DNA of 64,000 nt from Octopus sinensis. Its lineage: Eukaryota. Location of the stretch: contig NC_043004.1 in NCBI RefSeq assembly GCF_006345805.1, positions 60,264,001 to 60,328,000 on the forward strand, read 5' to 3'. A program made the position numbers and the translations under genes. The notes below the pieces were generated by a model. It saw nothing but the letters and a program-made list of their open reading frames with translations, was not told the origin of the DNA and did no database searches. Numbering within the stretch: the first letter of the stretch is position 1; every line of letters starts with the position of its first letter. Below are positions 41,480-55,879 of the stretch, one piece after another.

Positions 41480-42446
41480 GTGTATTTGTGTGCGTCTGTT
41501 TGTGCGCGTGTGCGCGTGTGTGTGTGTTTGTGTGTGCATGTGTGCGTACGAAGGCGCATAGCCTAATGGTTAATGTTTTGAAATGTGTAGTTGAGCATAA
41601 CATTTCATTTACGTTGCTCTACGATCGTTTCGACATCTGACAGGTGGTACACCGTGCACCTGTTCAAGCAACATCGATTTTTCATGGACGGAGGGATCAA
41701 CAGTACAGCACAAAGATTTGATCCCTAAAGAGAAATCATTTTTCAGATTTGTCCAGCTAGAAATTGCTGAGCCGTCTTTCTCGGACTACAAGAGACAACC
41801 ATCGTGTACGTGTGTATGTTTCTGTATAAATGGTGTCATGCGTTGCATGATAGTTTGCTAAAGAAGGGATATTATAAGAATTTGGAACCTAATGTATTAC
41901 TCGTATCGGTTTCAGCTACACTAGGCGAAATACAGAAGAAATTGGACCGGACAATATTCAAAATGCTGTTGCACATGTTAATATTTAAATGCTGATAGAT
42001 AATTACTTAATTAACTTTCTGTTGGTTCTACGTGTCCGTAAAGTACTTTATGCTAATTACATTTCATCTAAGTTGCTCTCTAAGTGGTAAGTTAATATTC
42101 TATGCAAACAAAACATATGGAAATCTCGGATCATCTTTTATCTCGAAATATGTAGTAGAGAAACATGTAGTTCTCATCCGAGTGTACAATAATTATACTT
42201 TTTTTGTTGCGTCATAATTGACACCCTGCGAATAATTGGTGTTCTGTCAATATTCAGTCCATAATAATTGTTTCTGACGTTCGTCAAACACCACTAAGTT
42301 TTACTCTATTGAAGATAGTGAGATGATATTGACCCTAATGCATGACTAGTATTTTCTTTTAGGTAAAATGTCAGTTATTTTTAGTGAGGGTTGGATAATC
42401 GATGCCATCTAATCCGGTATTTGAGTGCTACTTTATTTGCTCGTCC

Positions 42447-42822
42447 CTGGAAGCACTCAGTCGGTTACGACGATGAGGGTTCCGGTTGATCCGATCAACG
42501 GAACAGCTTGCTCGTGAAATTAACGTGTAAGTAGCTGAGCACTCCACAGATACATGTACCCTTAACGTAGTTCTCGGGGATATTCAGCGTGACACAGAGA
42601 GTGACAAGGCCGGCCCATTGAAATACAGGTACAACAGAAACAGGAAGTAAGAGTGAGAGAAAGTTGTGGTGAAAGAGTACAGCAGGGATCACCACCATCC
42701 CTGCCGGAGCCTCGTGGAGCTTTTAGGTGTTTTCGCTCAATAAACACTCACAACGCCCGGTCTGGGAATCGAAACCGCGATCCTACGACCGCGAGTCCAC
42801 TGCCCTAACGACTGGGCCATTG
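42447..42822 (-). mobile_element. Near-full SINE family S2
   Basis: Matches 33727-34054 and includes the head CAATGGCCCAGTCGTTAGGGCAG. Confidence 0.88.
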
Positions 42823-42823
42823 A

Positions 42824-43370
42824 TCGACCCTAAAATGATGAAGGCAAATTTGACCTCGATCGTATTAGGACTAACTATCTAAAGATGCAGGTGAAATACC
42901 ACAAATTATTTCTTCCTAGTCTTAGCGCTTGTATCAATCGTCCCTCTCTAATAATCATTTTGGAACGAGATTTTAAGACGTGGGGCAGTCGATTACATCG
43001 ATATCAGTGACAAAGTTCTGCCTATTTTACCGAGCCCCAAAAGGACGTAACCTACTGTCAACCTTAGCAGACTTGAACTCGGAACCAAAACGCAGATATT
43101 TTAAGAATTTTGCCTGGTGTGCTAAAGATTCTGCCAGCTTGTCTCTTTTCTTCTGTCTATAATAATGCTACTATAGACACAAAGCATTTAATTTGGAAGG
43201 GTGGAGCTAGTCCATTATATCGACCCTAGAGATCAACTTGTACTTATGTTATCAATCCCGAAAAGTATGGAAGTTGAAGTCGTCTACGGGAGAATTTGAA
43301 CTTAGAACGCAGACAGACGAAATGTCGCTAAGCATTTTGTCCGGCGTATTAACTATTCTGTCAGCTTGCC
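42824..43370 (-). mobile_element. Cluster of degenerate S3 copies
   Basis: Repeated ATCGAC...GAAGGCAAA(T/G)TTGACCT-like cores. Confidence 0.55.
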
Positions 43371-46300
43371 GTCTTGTATTCGTCTATAAGAATAATAAAG
43401 AAATATGTAATGGAAAGCAGTAATATAACTAGATCATCACTAATGTTCACACGAATGTCGAAGGTAATAAATTTATTTTCACGCTACATTTATGGTAGAT
43501 TTGTTTTATTTTATCGTTACTGTAGATAAGAAGTAGAAATAAAATAGGGCGTCGAACGTATAGTTATAGTTAATAAATTGTTATAACAAATTTGGAAGAT
43601 TCTATTTGGTTTTGTTTGATTTTTTGTTACACATGTTATTGAAAAATATATTTTAGATTTTAATGTTTATTTTGTATAAAACTTTTATGTCGAAATTTTA
43701 TATCTAATTTTATTTAATACGCCATTATATATCTAGACTAAGTGATATATAAATTTCTTATGTTATTTTTTATTGTATTTTGTATATTATTTCATTTTAT
43801 ATATTATGTACACATTTTTAGTATTATGTATTTTATGTACGTATTAAATGTTTTGTTTTTATATTCTTCATCTTACTTTGTCATATTTTATTCCACTCGC
43901 TGCATCCCTTCATAAACCCACCTAATAATGGATATCCTTTTCATTCAAGTTTCCTTTCTACAGAATTTAATTCTCCACCTACACTATAAAAGTCATTTAC
44001 TCTACAAGTCATTTCTCCTCCCTTAATGAAGCTGTCACATTTTCCCTCATAATTTTTCATCACCCCACTTCTCTCCTCCTTTCATCAGACAACCACGTCT
44101 CTTTATCATATTTTCAACCTCTGCTTAATCGGCCATTTTATGGCAACTAATTCCATAATTTAAAATAACATTTCTCCCAACTAATAAATTCCACCTTCGC
44201 TCTTCAATAATCTATCCTTCCCTATCCTTTATAATATCTGCTCCACCCAGCTCATTCATCCCCTTTCCTTTTCTGAGTCAGTGTACCATTCAACTCTCGC
44301 TCACTTATTTTTTTTTTTAATTTGTCGATTAAGCGTTATGGATTGACAGTATGAGAATGTCGAACGGAAGACGAATATACCTTGCGGTAGTAACATTTTT
44401 ACAGACTAGTCTTTCCCCATTTTCAGGGTTGGTAGTGTATTTTATTTTTGTTTTATTCATTTCTTGGAAATCCCAATCAGCAACATAGCAAGCAGCCAAT
44501 AGTAAGCAGGCTTGTTCTAACCATTTTGTTATTTTGGAGTTACCAAAGGAAAAGGAACAAAAATATTTGAGAAAAATATAAAAATAAGCTGAGCTAAAAA
44601 TGATAAAATTATTTGTGCAAGATGTGAAAAATTAAGATTTATTTTATTTGGTAAATAATAAGAAAGATTCTTCCATAAAACAGAATTTCGAGCAAAGAAA
44701 CTACTTGTGTTTAAGCTTTTCTTACAAGAGGTAGCAAAAATTAAGGGGAGAGTATTCGTAGAAAGACTTCATTTGATAAGTATTTTTAATACAGGGAATA
44801 AAAGAAGAAAATTCGACGGAAGTATGACCATGGAATTATGTATAGTTGCGTTTTGCGATGAGCGAAAGAGGTTAAAGTTTAGGTATGAGAGCAATGATCA
44901 ACAATATTATAAATGTTTGTACGTGATCAAGGGAGGAAAGCAAACGTGCATAAAACAACTAAGTAACTGGGAGAAGAAACTTATGAAGATGAGATAAACT
45001 TTCGGATATAAAAAATGATGAGGTCGACATAGAAAACCAGTTCTTTCTGAATCTAATTTAGTAGTACATTTAACAGTAACATAGCATGAAAAATCTTTAG
45101 AAACGTTGAATCTGAGGGATTAATAAAATAAATATTTGCAAATGTTGTTGATATTAATTATCTAACACTCCTAAAGAAATTTAGGAGAAGTTATTATATT
45201 GTAAATTTATATATGCATTATCATATTTTTAAAATTTAGTTGTATATATGATAGAATTCATTTATAAAGAAGAGTTTAGAACCCTGATTCTATCTTCGTT
45301 AATCAAAAACTTGTTATAATGGTTTATTAAATATTGCTGAGTAAATTAATTTAAGAAAATTGATTATTAATTAATTGAAATTAATTAATTAAATAAATAA
45401 TTAATTAAAATGGATTAATTAATTAAAAACAATTTATGAAAACAACAATAATTACTTCAAATATAATTTAGGAAGACATACCAAGCCTATTGTTTGTTTA
45501 ACTAATTACTATTCTATTTTGTGCACTACGTTAACTGATTGTAGATGTAACTAAAAAGCCACAAAACACATTTCTAGAATTACGATTAGCATCTTAATCA
45601 AGAACGCAGACATGTTCAAACAACAATCCCAGGGGGTAAGTTAAATATTGGTAATTTCCTTCGTTTATCCTTTTTGCGGATAATTTCAAGTGTATGTAGA
45701 AGTAAATGCATAATCTTCCTTATAGTATTCAAAAAGATTGTGTGTAAGCTGAGTAATGCGGTTTTAAGTCTGAATAAGTAGTGCTACGAATACCGTAATT
45801 TCATTACGGTATTCAGTATTTCATTACGGTATTCAGTATTTCATTACGGTATTCAGTAATTTATGATTCTTTCCTTTCTGTTCAAATTCCACAGGGATAG
45901 AGTTTCCCTTTTATCCTTTCGGATTTGGTCACATAAAGTAACAATCAGGTACCGATAAGTATGCTAATTATAATCATGGAGAGAGTGGAGATATTATAAA
46001 TGATCATAAACGTCAAGTAGCGAGCGACTTTTATTCTGAAGAAAAGATTACATCGCTTTAATCACAAATATAGAAACATTTTTTTTTTATTGTCTAAAAT
46101 AATATGAAATTGCTACCTCTGATTTCATCACTTTCAGTTGTATGAACAAATGTATAAGAAAAGTGGAGTTGAAAATTGGGCAGTGAATAGGATTAATGGA
46201 CCAGAAATGAAAATTGTACAGGCAGGCAGCAAGAAGAGGCTATACTCTGAGCACCACCGCCCGCAGCTCCAACGACAAAAAAACGAACCTTAATTTCTGT

Positions 46301-47787
46301 GTTGGATTTAAAGGATCAAATGGACAAATGGTTTATTAAACTGGCCCAAAGCAGTGCTACAACTACGCTATCTTATGACTATAGAAACGAAATTATTAGT
46401 AAGAGGTGAGTCAAACTTTGGGGATCATAGATATTAAGAGAAGAAAACAGAAAAGTACATAACTAAAGCATGTCTATATAAAGTTGACAAGCAAGAGACA
46501 ACAGAAGCGTGTCCCAACCACTCGTTTTTCTAACATTTCAGTAGACCTCACACTATCACCCAGCTGGGTGTATAGCATGCTTTCAGCTGGGCACATTTTT
46601 CTACCACTCAGGCAATGAAATGGGTATAACTTCCAAGGTATCATTTTACAGGCGCCGAATGCACATACGAACACTACTGTTCTTGCGGAAAATTGGGATT
46701 TCGTCGACAAATATCTATTCCAATTCTTCAGAAGTTTTGCAAATCGGTCACTTTGGATGATATCTAGAAACCCTCGCCTTCAGTGACAAATTAATGAGAT
46801 ATCGATTGGAATTAAACTCTGAAAACAAGGAAATGCCGGATCTGTTTAAGATGATTATAACGAGACTAAACTGTTACTGTATGTCTCATTCAATGTTTAA
46901 CAGTATCCTTTACTTCGTTAACTGACTGCATCAAAACTGTTGGTGTGGTGGACGCGACTGTAATGAGAGAGCACCAGCCCTTTCCAATTGTGCCAAGCAG
47001 TCTGACATTTTTGTTAACTTTACTTGTTGAGAAATGTGAGAGTGGAATAGAAGCTGTTGCTCTCCAGAACATTGACTGAAAGATGAGTGTTAGTAATTAG
47101 CATGGCTAGCGTTAACATGCTGACCTTCATCACTAACCTGCATCGAAGGATTCTTTGTTTTGGGAGTGTTCTCCTTCAAAAATCTTGAATATAGTGAGGT
47201 GGCGGGCACTGCTCAAGAGATTCTATTACATACGTGCTTTGTATAACATTTTCATATTTGATTTTTCTTTCATACAACTTCTGTAGTTGGTCGCACAAAC
47301 TTGAATCTTGCATCGACAATTATCTTCCAAGTACTTGCATCAATAAATTACCAGAATACTTGCTTTTCTGGCAATTAATTTTTAATTGGATTTTTGAAAA
47401 TATATGTCTCACTCGTTGCAGCTCTGTAGACATAAAAATAGATTATTGTCATAAAATAGCTGATATACAAGGTAATTCAAATTAAAAAGAATTGTAATAA
47501 GAATGTTAATAACAACCACGACTAAGAATCTTTCTACTTGTCGATCTTGTTGCAGTTGTTACCGCACTATTTTATTCTCAATATGCGGCCGCTTCATTTC
47601 AGTACGACCGTACTAAAAAAATAAATCGATAGCGTAAACTGTGACATCTATCTGCACAAAACCCAATTGCTTAGAGCACTTTTGAAGATAATAATTATAA
47701 TAGTATGATAACAGCAATCGCAATAATAATAATGATGATGATAATAATAATAATAATAATGATAATAATAATAATAATAATAAATAA

Positions 47788-48272
47788 ATAAATAAACCGA
47801 ATATTATTATAAAAGATCAGACAAAAGAGGTGTGTTTATTAATTTACATGAGTATTCCTTGCGATCACAATGTAGCGTCGAAAGAATTTGACAAGATCAG
47901 TAAATGTAAAGTCTTGCTAATAGAAATTGAAATAAATGTGGCATCTCTAGACGACTACAGTACCGGTGATTGCAGGATCTCTAGGAATGATAAAAGAAGG
48001 TACTGAAGCCGATTTGAAAATGATACCAGGCTGACCATCCTTACTGGAACGACTTATGTACTGAGAAGAGCATTGTCGCTGTGAAAACAACATCCCTTCA
48101 TGAATTTATTTATTTATTATTTTTTTTTAAATACATATTTTACCTGTGAATTTGTGTGTGTGATCTCGGAATGCACACACTGTGCTTCTCTTGCCTAGGT
48201 GTACGGAAAACACTCGGCGAGAAATGGAAGAAAATTTGAAGAAACGAAAGAAAACAATAAAAATAATAATAA
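47788..48272 (+). mobile_element. Heavily 5'-truncated R4/Dong LINE, same family as 22425-23882
   Basis: Endonuclease end and 3' UTR align with 23385-23880; (TAA)n on both sides. Confidence 0.88.
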
Positions 48273-48439
48273 CAGTAACAGTTGGATATGGGTGAGGATG
48301 AGTGACCTGAAGATAGAGACAGAAACACTTATATGCGCACTTATATGAACAAACGTAAAAGACCAGCTATGTGAAATACAGAATCGATAACAATACCGAC
48401 AGCGACTAACGCTGAATATGTAGTGAGAGGGGGGTGAAA

Positions 48440-49563
48440 CCGTATGGCACATCGTTAGCGAATGACCGAAATTGACACAACACCAATACAAAAGAGAAAA
48501 TGACTATGCGGCAAGAATGATCCAGTGAGACTCAGTGGAAATCACGGCCTACAAAGGACAAAGACATGGTATGATCATACCCCAGAAGGAGTCACTGGGA
48601 ATGAAAATGCAAAATCCTATGGGCTTCAATGACTCTGTACGATCACCTGACCAGATATCCTATACCGGATATTGTTGTAGTGAAGAATTTGAAGATTTCA
48701 AGTTTGAAGTCTCTACTTAGATTTGAAATCTTCAAAGCCACAGTCGAACCAATTCTACTATATGGCTCAGAAACCTGAACGTTATCAAAGAAGCTTGAGA
48801 GGCGGTTGGGTGGAATCTATACTCGCCTCCTTATGAGAGCTGAAAATCTCTTGTGGAACCGTCATCCAACCAAAGTACAAATATATGGAAAACTACCACT
48901 TGTGCCATCTCTTGTGAAAGGTAAGAGAGTCCAGTTTGCTGGACATTGTTGTAGAGCTGAAAACGAAGCAATTTCTACACTTCTCCTCTGGAAGCCATCT
49001 ACTCGCAATACCAGAGGGCGCACACTCTCCTACCCTGATGTAATCTCCAGGGATACAGGCATCCAGCAACAGGACCTCCGTAATGCCATGATGGACCGTG
49101 AAGTCTGGCGTAGCATGGTAAATTCCATTGTCTCGACCACGGTCGAACAATGATGATGATGATGTAGTGAAGACAAAAAAGCAGAAAGGACCTGCATTAA
49201 AATCGGCATGGCATGTCCTGGTGACAACAAGATCAAAGAAAAATAAGAAAACCTGAACAACTTTGACGATTTGAATTAGGAAATATGAAGGTTATGGTCA
49301 ATGAGGAAAATAGACGTGGGACCAATAGTCATTGGCCCACCAGAAAGTATCAGCATGCAACTACTAACATGGCTCAAAAATTGGTACAAATATAATGGTA
49401 GAACGCCAACAAAAATCCGGATTGCTTGAAACTGCAAGAATTCTTTGCAGAGTTCTTGAAGCATGATCAGTAAACAAGATTCACCTTTTCTGCTGGTTGT
49501 GGACATTTGATATTTCATACATACCCAGCAAAATATGCCGTGATGTTTCGTCAAATAATAATA
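48440..49563 (+). mobile_element. Second R4/Dong-clade family 3' fragment, interrupted by an RTE copy
   Basis: YDHTPEGVTGNENAKILW...PDIVVVK | KAERTCIKIGMACPGDNKIKEK...PIVIG...LLETARILCRVLEA*; TAA tail. Confidence 0.8.
48687..49162 (+). mobile_element. 5'-truncated RTE-clade LINE with 11-bp TSD
   Basis: IFKATVEPILLYGSET...VQFAGHCCR...DREVWRSMV; (TGA)n tail; TSD TGTAGTGAAGA at 48676-48686 and 49163-49173. Confidence 0.9.
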
Positions 49564-50127
49564 GTGATTTCATTTATTTTCCACCAGGGAGGATGAAGGG
49601 GACAATACACAGACAGACACAAAGTATGGCGATTTACGTATAATGAAGTGATAAAATATTTTTTTTTAATATGGGGAGGGTCAGTATACAGTTATACATT
49701 GAAAAGGAAGGGAAACATACATAGCATAGACAATTTTAAAAAGTTCGTTGGATGACAGAGATGTAGCTTTCCTGAAAGAGGAAAACTCTTTGGATAATTG
49801 AATAATCCTACTGTCCGAGATCTCCCTAAATACCAAAAGCTTGTGGCCCTTCCAATCCCCTTTCTCCTACTCACAAGTCTTCACTTAGAGAAGTACCATC
49901 CACTCTTGACATTTCACAAGAAAGCAGCAACAACGAAAAGACTAATGACGGTATCAATCCTTTGTAGCATTAATAGGAGGCCAATGCTCAACTGGTACTT
50001 ATTTCTTCGATTCTGTGAAGATTAATGGCAAAGTTGACCTCGGCAGAACATGAACTAAGAACATAAATCCGTAGTAAATGCTGTTGAACATTTTGTCCGG
50101 CACGATAGCAACTTGCGTGCACCACCA

Positions 50128-50189
<62 letters not shown>

Positions 50190-50192
50190 ATA

Positions 50193-50232
<40 letters not shown>
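50128..50232. repeat. (TAC)n(TAA)n microsatellite
   Basis: Direct reading. Confidence 0.9.
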
Positions 50233-50392
50233 TTTTAATAATAATCCTGGCGAGGATTTCTTTTATTTTGCACCAGGCCGGAGAATAAGTGGGACAATAG
50301 AAAGAGAGACATCAAGAGTGGGTGTTTTCATGTAATGAAAGGAGAGAAAACTAATATATATATATACATATATATATATATACAACATATAT

Positions 50393-50783
50393 ACAAAGAC
50401 AGAAGAACAGAGATTGGCAACGGCTAAAAGAGCCATGGAGAGGTCAATGCTTGGAATCTCGTTGAGAATGCACATCTGTAGCGAGGTCATGACAGAGAAG
50501 TCTGGCGTGAGGGATGTCATCGTAGAATATAAACCCAGCAAGTTTAGATGAGCTGGACACGACGCCCGGCTCACCGACAATCGGTGGACCCGCGCAGTTG
50601 TCGAGTGGTACCCGCGCGAGCGCAAATGACCACTCGGAAGGCCTACACGACGGTGGAGTTACGATTTCAAGAGGGCGATTGGAATCATGTGCATGAGAAA
50701 GGGGCAATCTAGAGAGGAGTGGACAGCGTTCTGTGACCAGCGGGGCCAAATGGACGCCCGACGGACTGGTCAGTCAAGGTGAT
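50393..50783 (+). mobile_element. RTE-clade LINE 3' fragment, decayed
   Basis: AKRAMERSMLGISLR...KFR*AGHDARLTDNRWTRAVVEWYPRERK*PLGRPTRRW. Confidence 0.88.
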
Positions 50784-50857
50784 ATATACATATACATAAA
50801 GATATACATATACATATATATATATACATACATACATATATATATATATATTATATA

Positions 50858-50901
<44 letters not shown>

Positions 50902-50902
<1 letters not shown>

Positions 50903-51289
50903 GAGTGGCTGTGTGGTAAGTAGCTTGCTTACCAACCACATGGTTCCGGGTTCAGTCCCACTGCGTGGAATCTTGGGCAAGTGTCTTCTACTATAGCCTC
51001 GGGCCAACCAAAGCCTTGTGAGTGGATTTGGTAGACGGAAACTGAAAGAAGCCCGTCGTATATATGCATGTATATATATATATATGTGTCTGTGTTGTCC
51101 CCCTAGCATTGCTTGACAACCGATGCTGGTGTGGCTAAGTCCCCGTTACATAGCGGTTCGGCAAAAGCGGCCGATAGAATAAGTACTGGGCTTACAAATA
51201 ATAAGTCCTGGGGTCGATTTGCTCGACTAAAGGCGGTGCTCCAGCATGGCCGCAGTCAAATGACTGAAACAAGTAAAAGAGTAAAAGAG
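50902..51289 (+). mobile_element. Full-length SINE family S1 (reference copy)
   Basis: tRNA-like head, short internal (TA)/(TG) tract, GTAAAAGA tandem tail. Confidence 0.9.
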
Positions 51290-51870
51290 TATATATATAT
51301 ATAATTGCAGCGTGGAAGGGGTTTGTAAGAGATTTAAGAAACACACAAAAGCCGTTCGATTCACTTCAACATTTAATTTTAATTTGTCAAAATATTTTCG
51401 TCGCTAAAATCCGCGACCTGTTCACTGACAAAAATCCGCGCTGCATCTGAGAAAGTAATAGTTTGTTCGTTATATACATGTACGTATGTATGTGTGTATG
51501 TATGTATGTATGCACGCACGCATGTATGCATGCATGCATGTATGTATGTACGTACGCCTGTGTGTATGTATGTGTGAATGTATGTATGTATGTGTGTATA
51601 TGCACGCACACACACACTCTAAACTTAAAGCCATAAACCTGTAATGATGGATAGATGTAGACTGACCACTCATGACAATAATATCAAATTTCAACCTCCC
51701 TCCGCCGAAACAAGGAAGTGATTTACGACCCTCACCCCCAAAACCAAACTCTAAAACCTATTATCAGTCACTTATCTCTATATCACAAAACTTTTGTTTT
51801 ACTATTACCTTTTTATTTTTTTTACCCCCTTTTCTCCCTTACATGTAGTTAGTTCAGGTTATATTTATAT

Positions 51871-52013
51871 AAGGTCGACTTTGCCTTTCATCCTTTCGGG
51901 GTCGATAAACAAAGTACCAGTTGCGCACTGGGGTCGATGTAGTTGACTTAATCCCTTTGTCTGTCTTTGTTTGTCCCCCCTATGTTCAGCCCCTTGTGGG
52001 CAATAAAGAAATA
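51871..52013 (+). mobile_element. S3 3' part
   Basis: GTCGACTTTGCCTTTCATCCTTTCGGGGTCGATAAA...CCCCTTGTGGG; reverse match to 34285-34466. Confidence 0.75.
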
Positions 52014-52898
52014 TATATATATGCGTATGTATGTGTGTATGTATGTATGTATGTATGTGTGTATGCACGTATGTACGCATGTGCGTATGTATGTATATAC
52101 GCACGTATGCATGTGTGTATGTATGTGGGTGTGTACATGTACGTGCGTATGTACGTGCGTATGTACGTGTGTATGCCTATACGCGGGTATGTACGTACAT
52201 ATGTGCTACGTATGTATGTGAGTATCTAGGAGAAAGGGCAGACGCGTCTGTGTGTGTGTGTGTACATGTGTATGTGCATGTGAACCGTGTACTGGTATGT
52301 GTCTTTCTAAGTTGTGTACTTGACTGTTACTTTGTTGAAGGTTGTATATATACACACAGATATGTTTGTTTGTATAGACGCACACGCATATATATATATG
52401 TGTGGGTATGTGTTTGTTCCTCACATCATCGTCTAACGGTGAATGGATACAACGTCTAGGTGCAACTGTGCACATATAACCAAATATATATACACAAGTA
52501 CACACAATCATATAGCCACACTCGTAAATATACTTATAATCTTAAATTATATACTCATATATGCTAATCCACTTCTATATACATATTTCCTATTACACAC
52601 ATACACACCCACACACACACGCGCACGTACACACACAAGCACACACGCATAAACATACATACGCACATACACACACACGCACACACACGCATAAACATAC
52701 ATACGCAAACACACACACACGTACATACAAAATATGACACAGTATTCGAGGGTAACGGTTAAAAATCGAACCTGCATTAATATTAACCTATCTGCTCTTT
52801 TTTATATTTTATATGTATATATACGTATAGAGAGTATGCATTAAAACAGAGAAGATAAGTATACATAATATAGAAAGTTAAAAATAAAACAATGAGGA

Positions 52899-53249
52899 AT
52901 GATGATAATGATGTCGCACTTCTGATACAGGAGAACCTCTAGGGATAATCAAGGAAACCCAGCGACCGAGGACTCCACGAACTCCAAGGGCAAGATAGAG
53001 CGAGCAATACAATGAACGACATCAACTGTGGAAGTTTACATACAATGAAATGAGAGAAAAATATATATCTAAATGCATAGAAAGTATACACTCTATAAAA
53101 TAAGACAGAGAGGATAAATTTGCATAGTATACAAGATTGAAAATAAAAAAAAGGGGTATGATGATAATGATGTCGCACGTCTGACACAGGAGAACCACTA
53201 GGGATAATTAAGAAAACCCACCGACGGAGCTCTCCGTGAATGCCAAGGG
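52899..53249. repeat. Diverged 92-bp direct repeats, period 259 bp
   Basis: ATGATGATAATGATGTCGCAC...CCAAGGG at 52899-52990 and 53158-53249. Confidence 0.75.
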
Positions 53250-54023
53250 TAGGTGCCTGCTCCATCTTCTGTTCTCCGACTCACAGGGACTGGACCACGC
53301 ACTTTTGCCATTTTCGCAACTTTCGTTCACCTTTCAATGAATTCGACTGAGGACAGCACCTCTGTCTAAGCCATCACATTCCTTTTCAAGTGAACCTTCG
53401 AATATTCGATGAAGGTTCTATCGGAGCCGAAAGTTTCTTTCCTCATGCCCTTCAGCTTAAAAAAACAAGCCTTTCTACTATAGCAAAAAGGCCTGAATTT
53501 TTGGCGTAGGCCAGTAGTCAATTATGTCGACTCCGCTGCTCAATTTATACAATAATATTAATAATATTGATTTGAAATTTTCTTACAAATACAGGAAAAT
53601 TATCCACCGAGAGAAGGGGACGTAAATTCATATTAGGAAATCAAATGAGATTTGAAGAAATATAAAACTTATTGATAATGTCGATTCTTGTATTAGACTA
53701 AGATCTTAGCTAAAGTAATTTTTTATAATGCTACAAAAATGAAAATAATAAAAGGAGAAAATGATAGGAAAATAAGACGAACAAAAGAACAAAAGCAAGA
53801 GAAAGGAGAAATCAAGTAAAGAATAGAAAGAGTGAGAAATGAATACAAAAAGTAGGAAAAATATTAGGTTGATTCAAATTAAATGCTATAAAAAATATTC
53901 GACTTTATTCGATCATTTCCTGTGACGGGTTAGTAGCTGCCGGAAGTGCACATTTAAAATAACCCCCTTCGTGTATTTTTAAACCTTGTACTACATTTTG
54001 TTTCTTGATTGCTTACTTGTTCT

Positions 54024-54067
<44 letters not shown>

Positions 54068-54168
54068 ATATGTATATGTATATAGATGTATATATATATA
54101 TATATTATATATGTATATATATATATGTATATATATATGTATGTATATATGTATATAATTATATATGC

Positions 54169-54230
<62 letters not shown>

Positions 54231-54868
54231 GGGAGATATATGCATATATACGTCATCCTTTTTGTTTTCAACTCATCATCGTCATAAACATGGTCGTCTT
54301 TATCATCCTCCTACTATTCCTTCAACTCCTCCTGCGCATCATCATCATTGCCAACAACTATCAGTGAGACATTCTAAGTCATTATTATTGTAATTTGTTT
54401 TGTCTTTCGTTATTGCTGGATTTTGTTTGAGAGTTAAGTGCATCTGTTATTTTCTTTTATTTTATTGATCTAAGACCAACTGTTAGCAAAATAAAGCTGA
54501 ACAGAGACATAAAATATATTCAAATTACATGACACTTTCTACTAATATTCAAAAATTAGTGCCTGCAGTTTCAACTAATTTCGAAACCCGTTAGAGTTTT
54601 TCTTTTATGAGGTTTATCCTGCCATAGCCTATAGAGCAAATGTTAAAATGCATCAGCTGAGAGGTTTACAACTAAGAGAGCCTGGTCCTGCCTGATAGAA
54701 TGAAATTAGATGATGATATAAAGTGGGAATTTTATAAGATTTCAGAGAATCTCTGTGATTCTTACTTCAGGATCTATTTACGTCTTTACAAGTCAAGTTA
54801 AAGAAACTCATTGAGAGAAAGAGTAACGCATATTTATATGCATGCATACATGTGTACATATACATATA

Positions 54869-54931
<63 letters not shown>

Positions 54932-54998
54932 GTACAAACACACACACGCTCACACAATCACACACATTTACATACATGCATGTACACACACATATATA

Positions 54999-55042
<44 letters not shown>

Positions 55043-55045
<3 letters not shown>

Positions 55046-55416
55046 TAGCAGTATCGCCCGGCGCTGCTCGGGTTTGTAAGGGAAATAACTATACAGCATT
55101 TTTAGAGAGTTATAGCCAAAATTTAGCAAAAAAATGCATTAAAAATGGAAAAAATATGATGGTAAATTTTTTTTAATCGTTGACTCACCGTAGACATTTT
55201 TAGAGAGTTACTTCCCTTTACAAAAATATGCATGAAAATGGAAAAAAATGTTGGTAAATTATTTTTAAAATCGTAGACTCATTGTAGACGCACATTAATA
55301 CCCAGAAGGGCTCGATATGAATCACGACTATAAGATACCCGGTTTTGGTTAAACTGCACCGCAAAATGTGGGAGTAGTTAGGACACTCACACAACTACAG
55401 TTTTATATATATAGAT
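55043..55416 (+). mobile_element. Helitron-like non-autonomous element (family H) in (TA)n
   Basis: Same termini and core as 39295-39690. Confidence 0.65.
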
Positions 55417-55626
55417 ATATATACATATATAGATATATATACAGATGCAAAGATGCACACAAGCACTCGCACATATGCACATAGACCACACGTTATAATT
55501 TTTTGTGTTACGTCTCCATCTCAGCTTCGGTTTTGATACATATACACATAAATAGATGGATACATATCCATAGATACACACATATCCATTTATGCACTCA
55601 TCCACTCAGCAAAAACATTATATATA

Positions 55627-55692
<66 letters not shown>

Positions 55693-55879
55693 TATATTAT
55701 ATATACATAGCGTACACACACACACACACACACACACACATAAATATATATACGTAGTGCACATATATGTAGGATACATATATATATGTGTATGTGTTAC
55801 TGTGTGTGTCTGTGTATAAATGAAATTATAGGTACATATATATGTATACCTGTATGTATGTATGTTATTTGCTTATAGA

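Noticed and set aside
44707-44997. 96-aa non-repetitive ORF
   Set aside because: Non-ATG start, no recognisable motif; within chance expectation.
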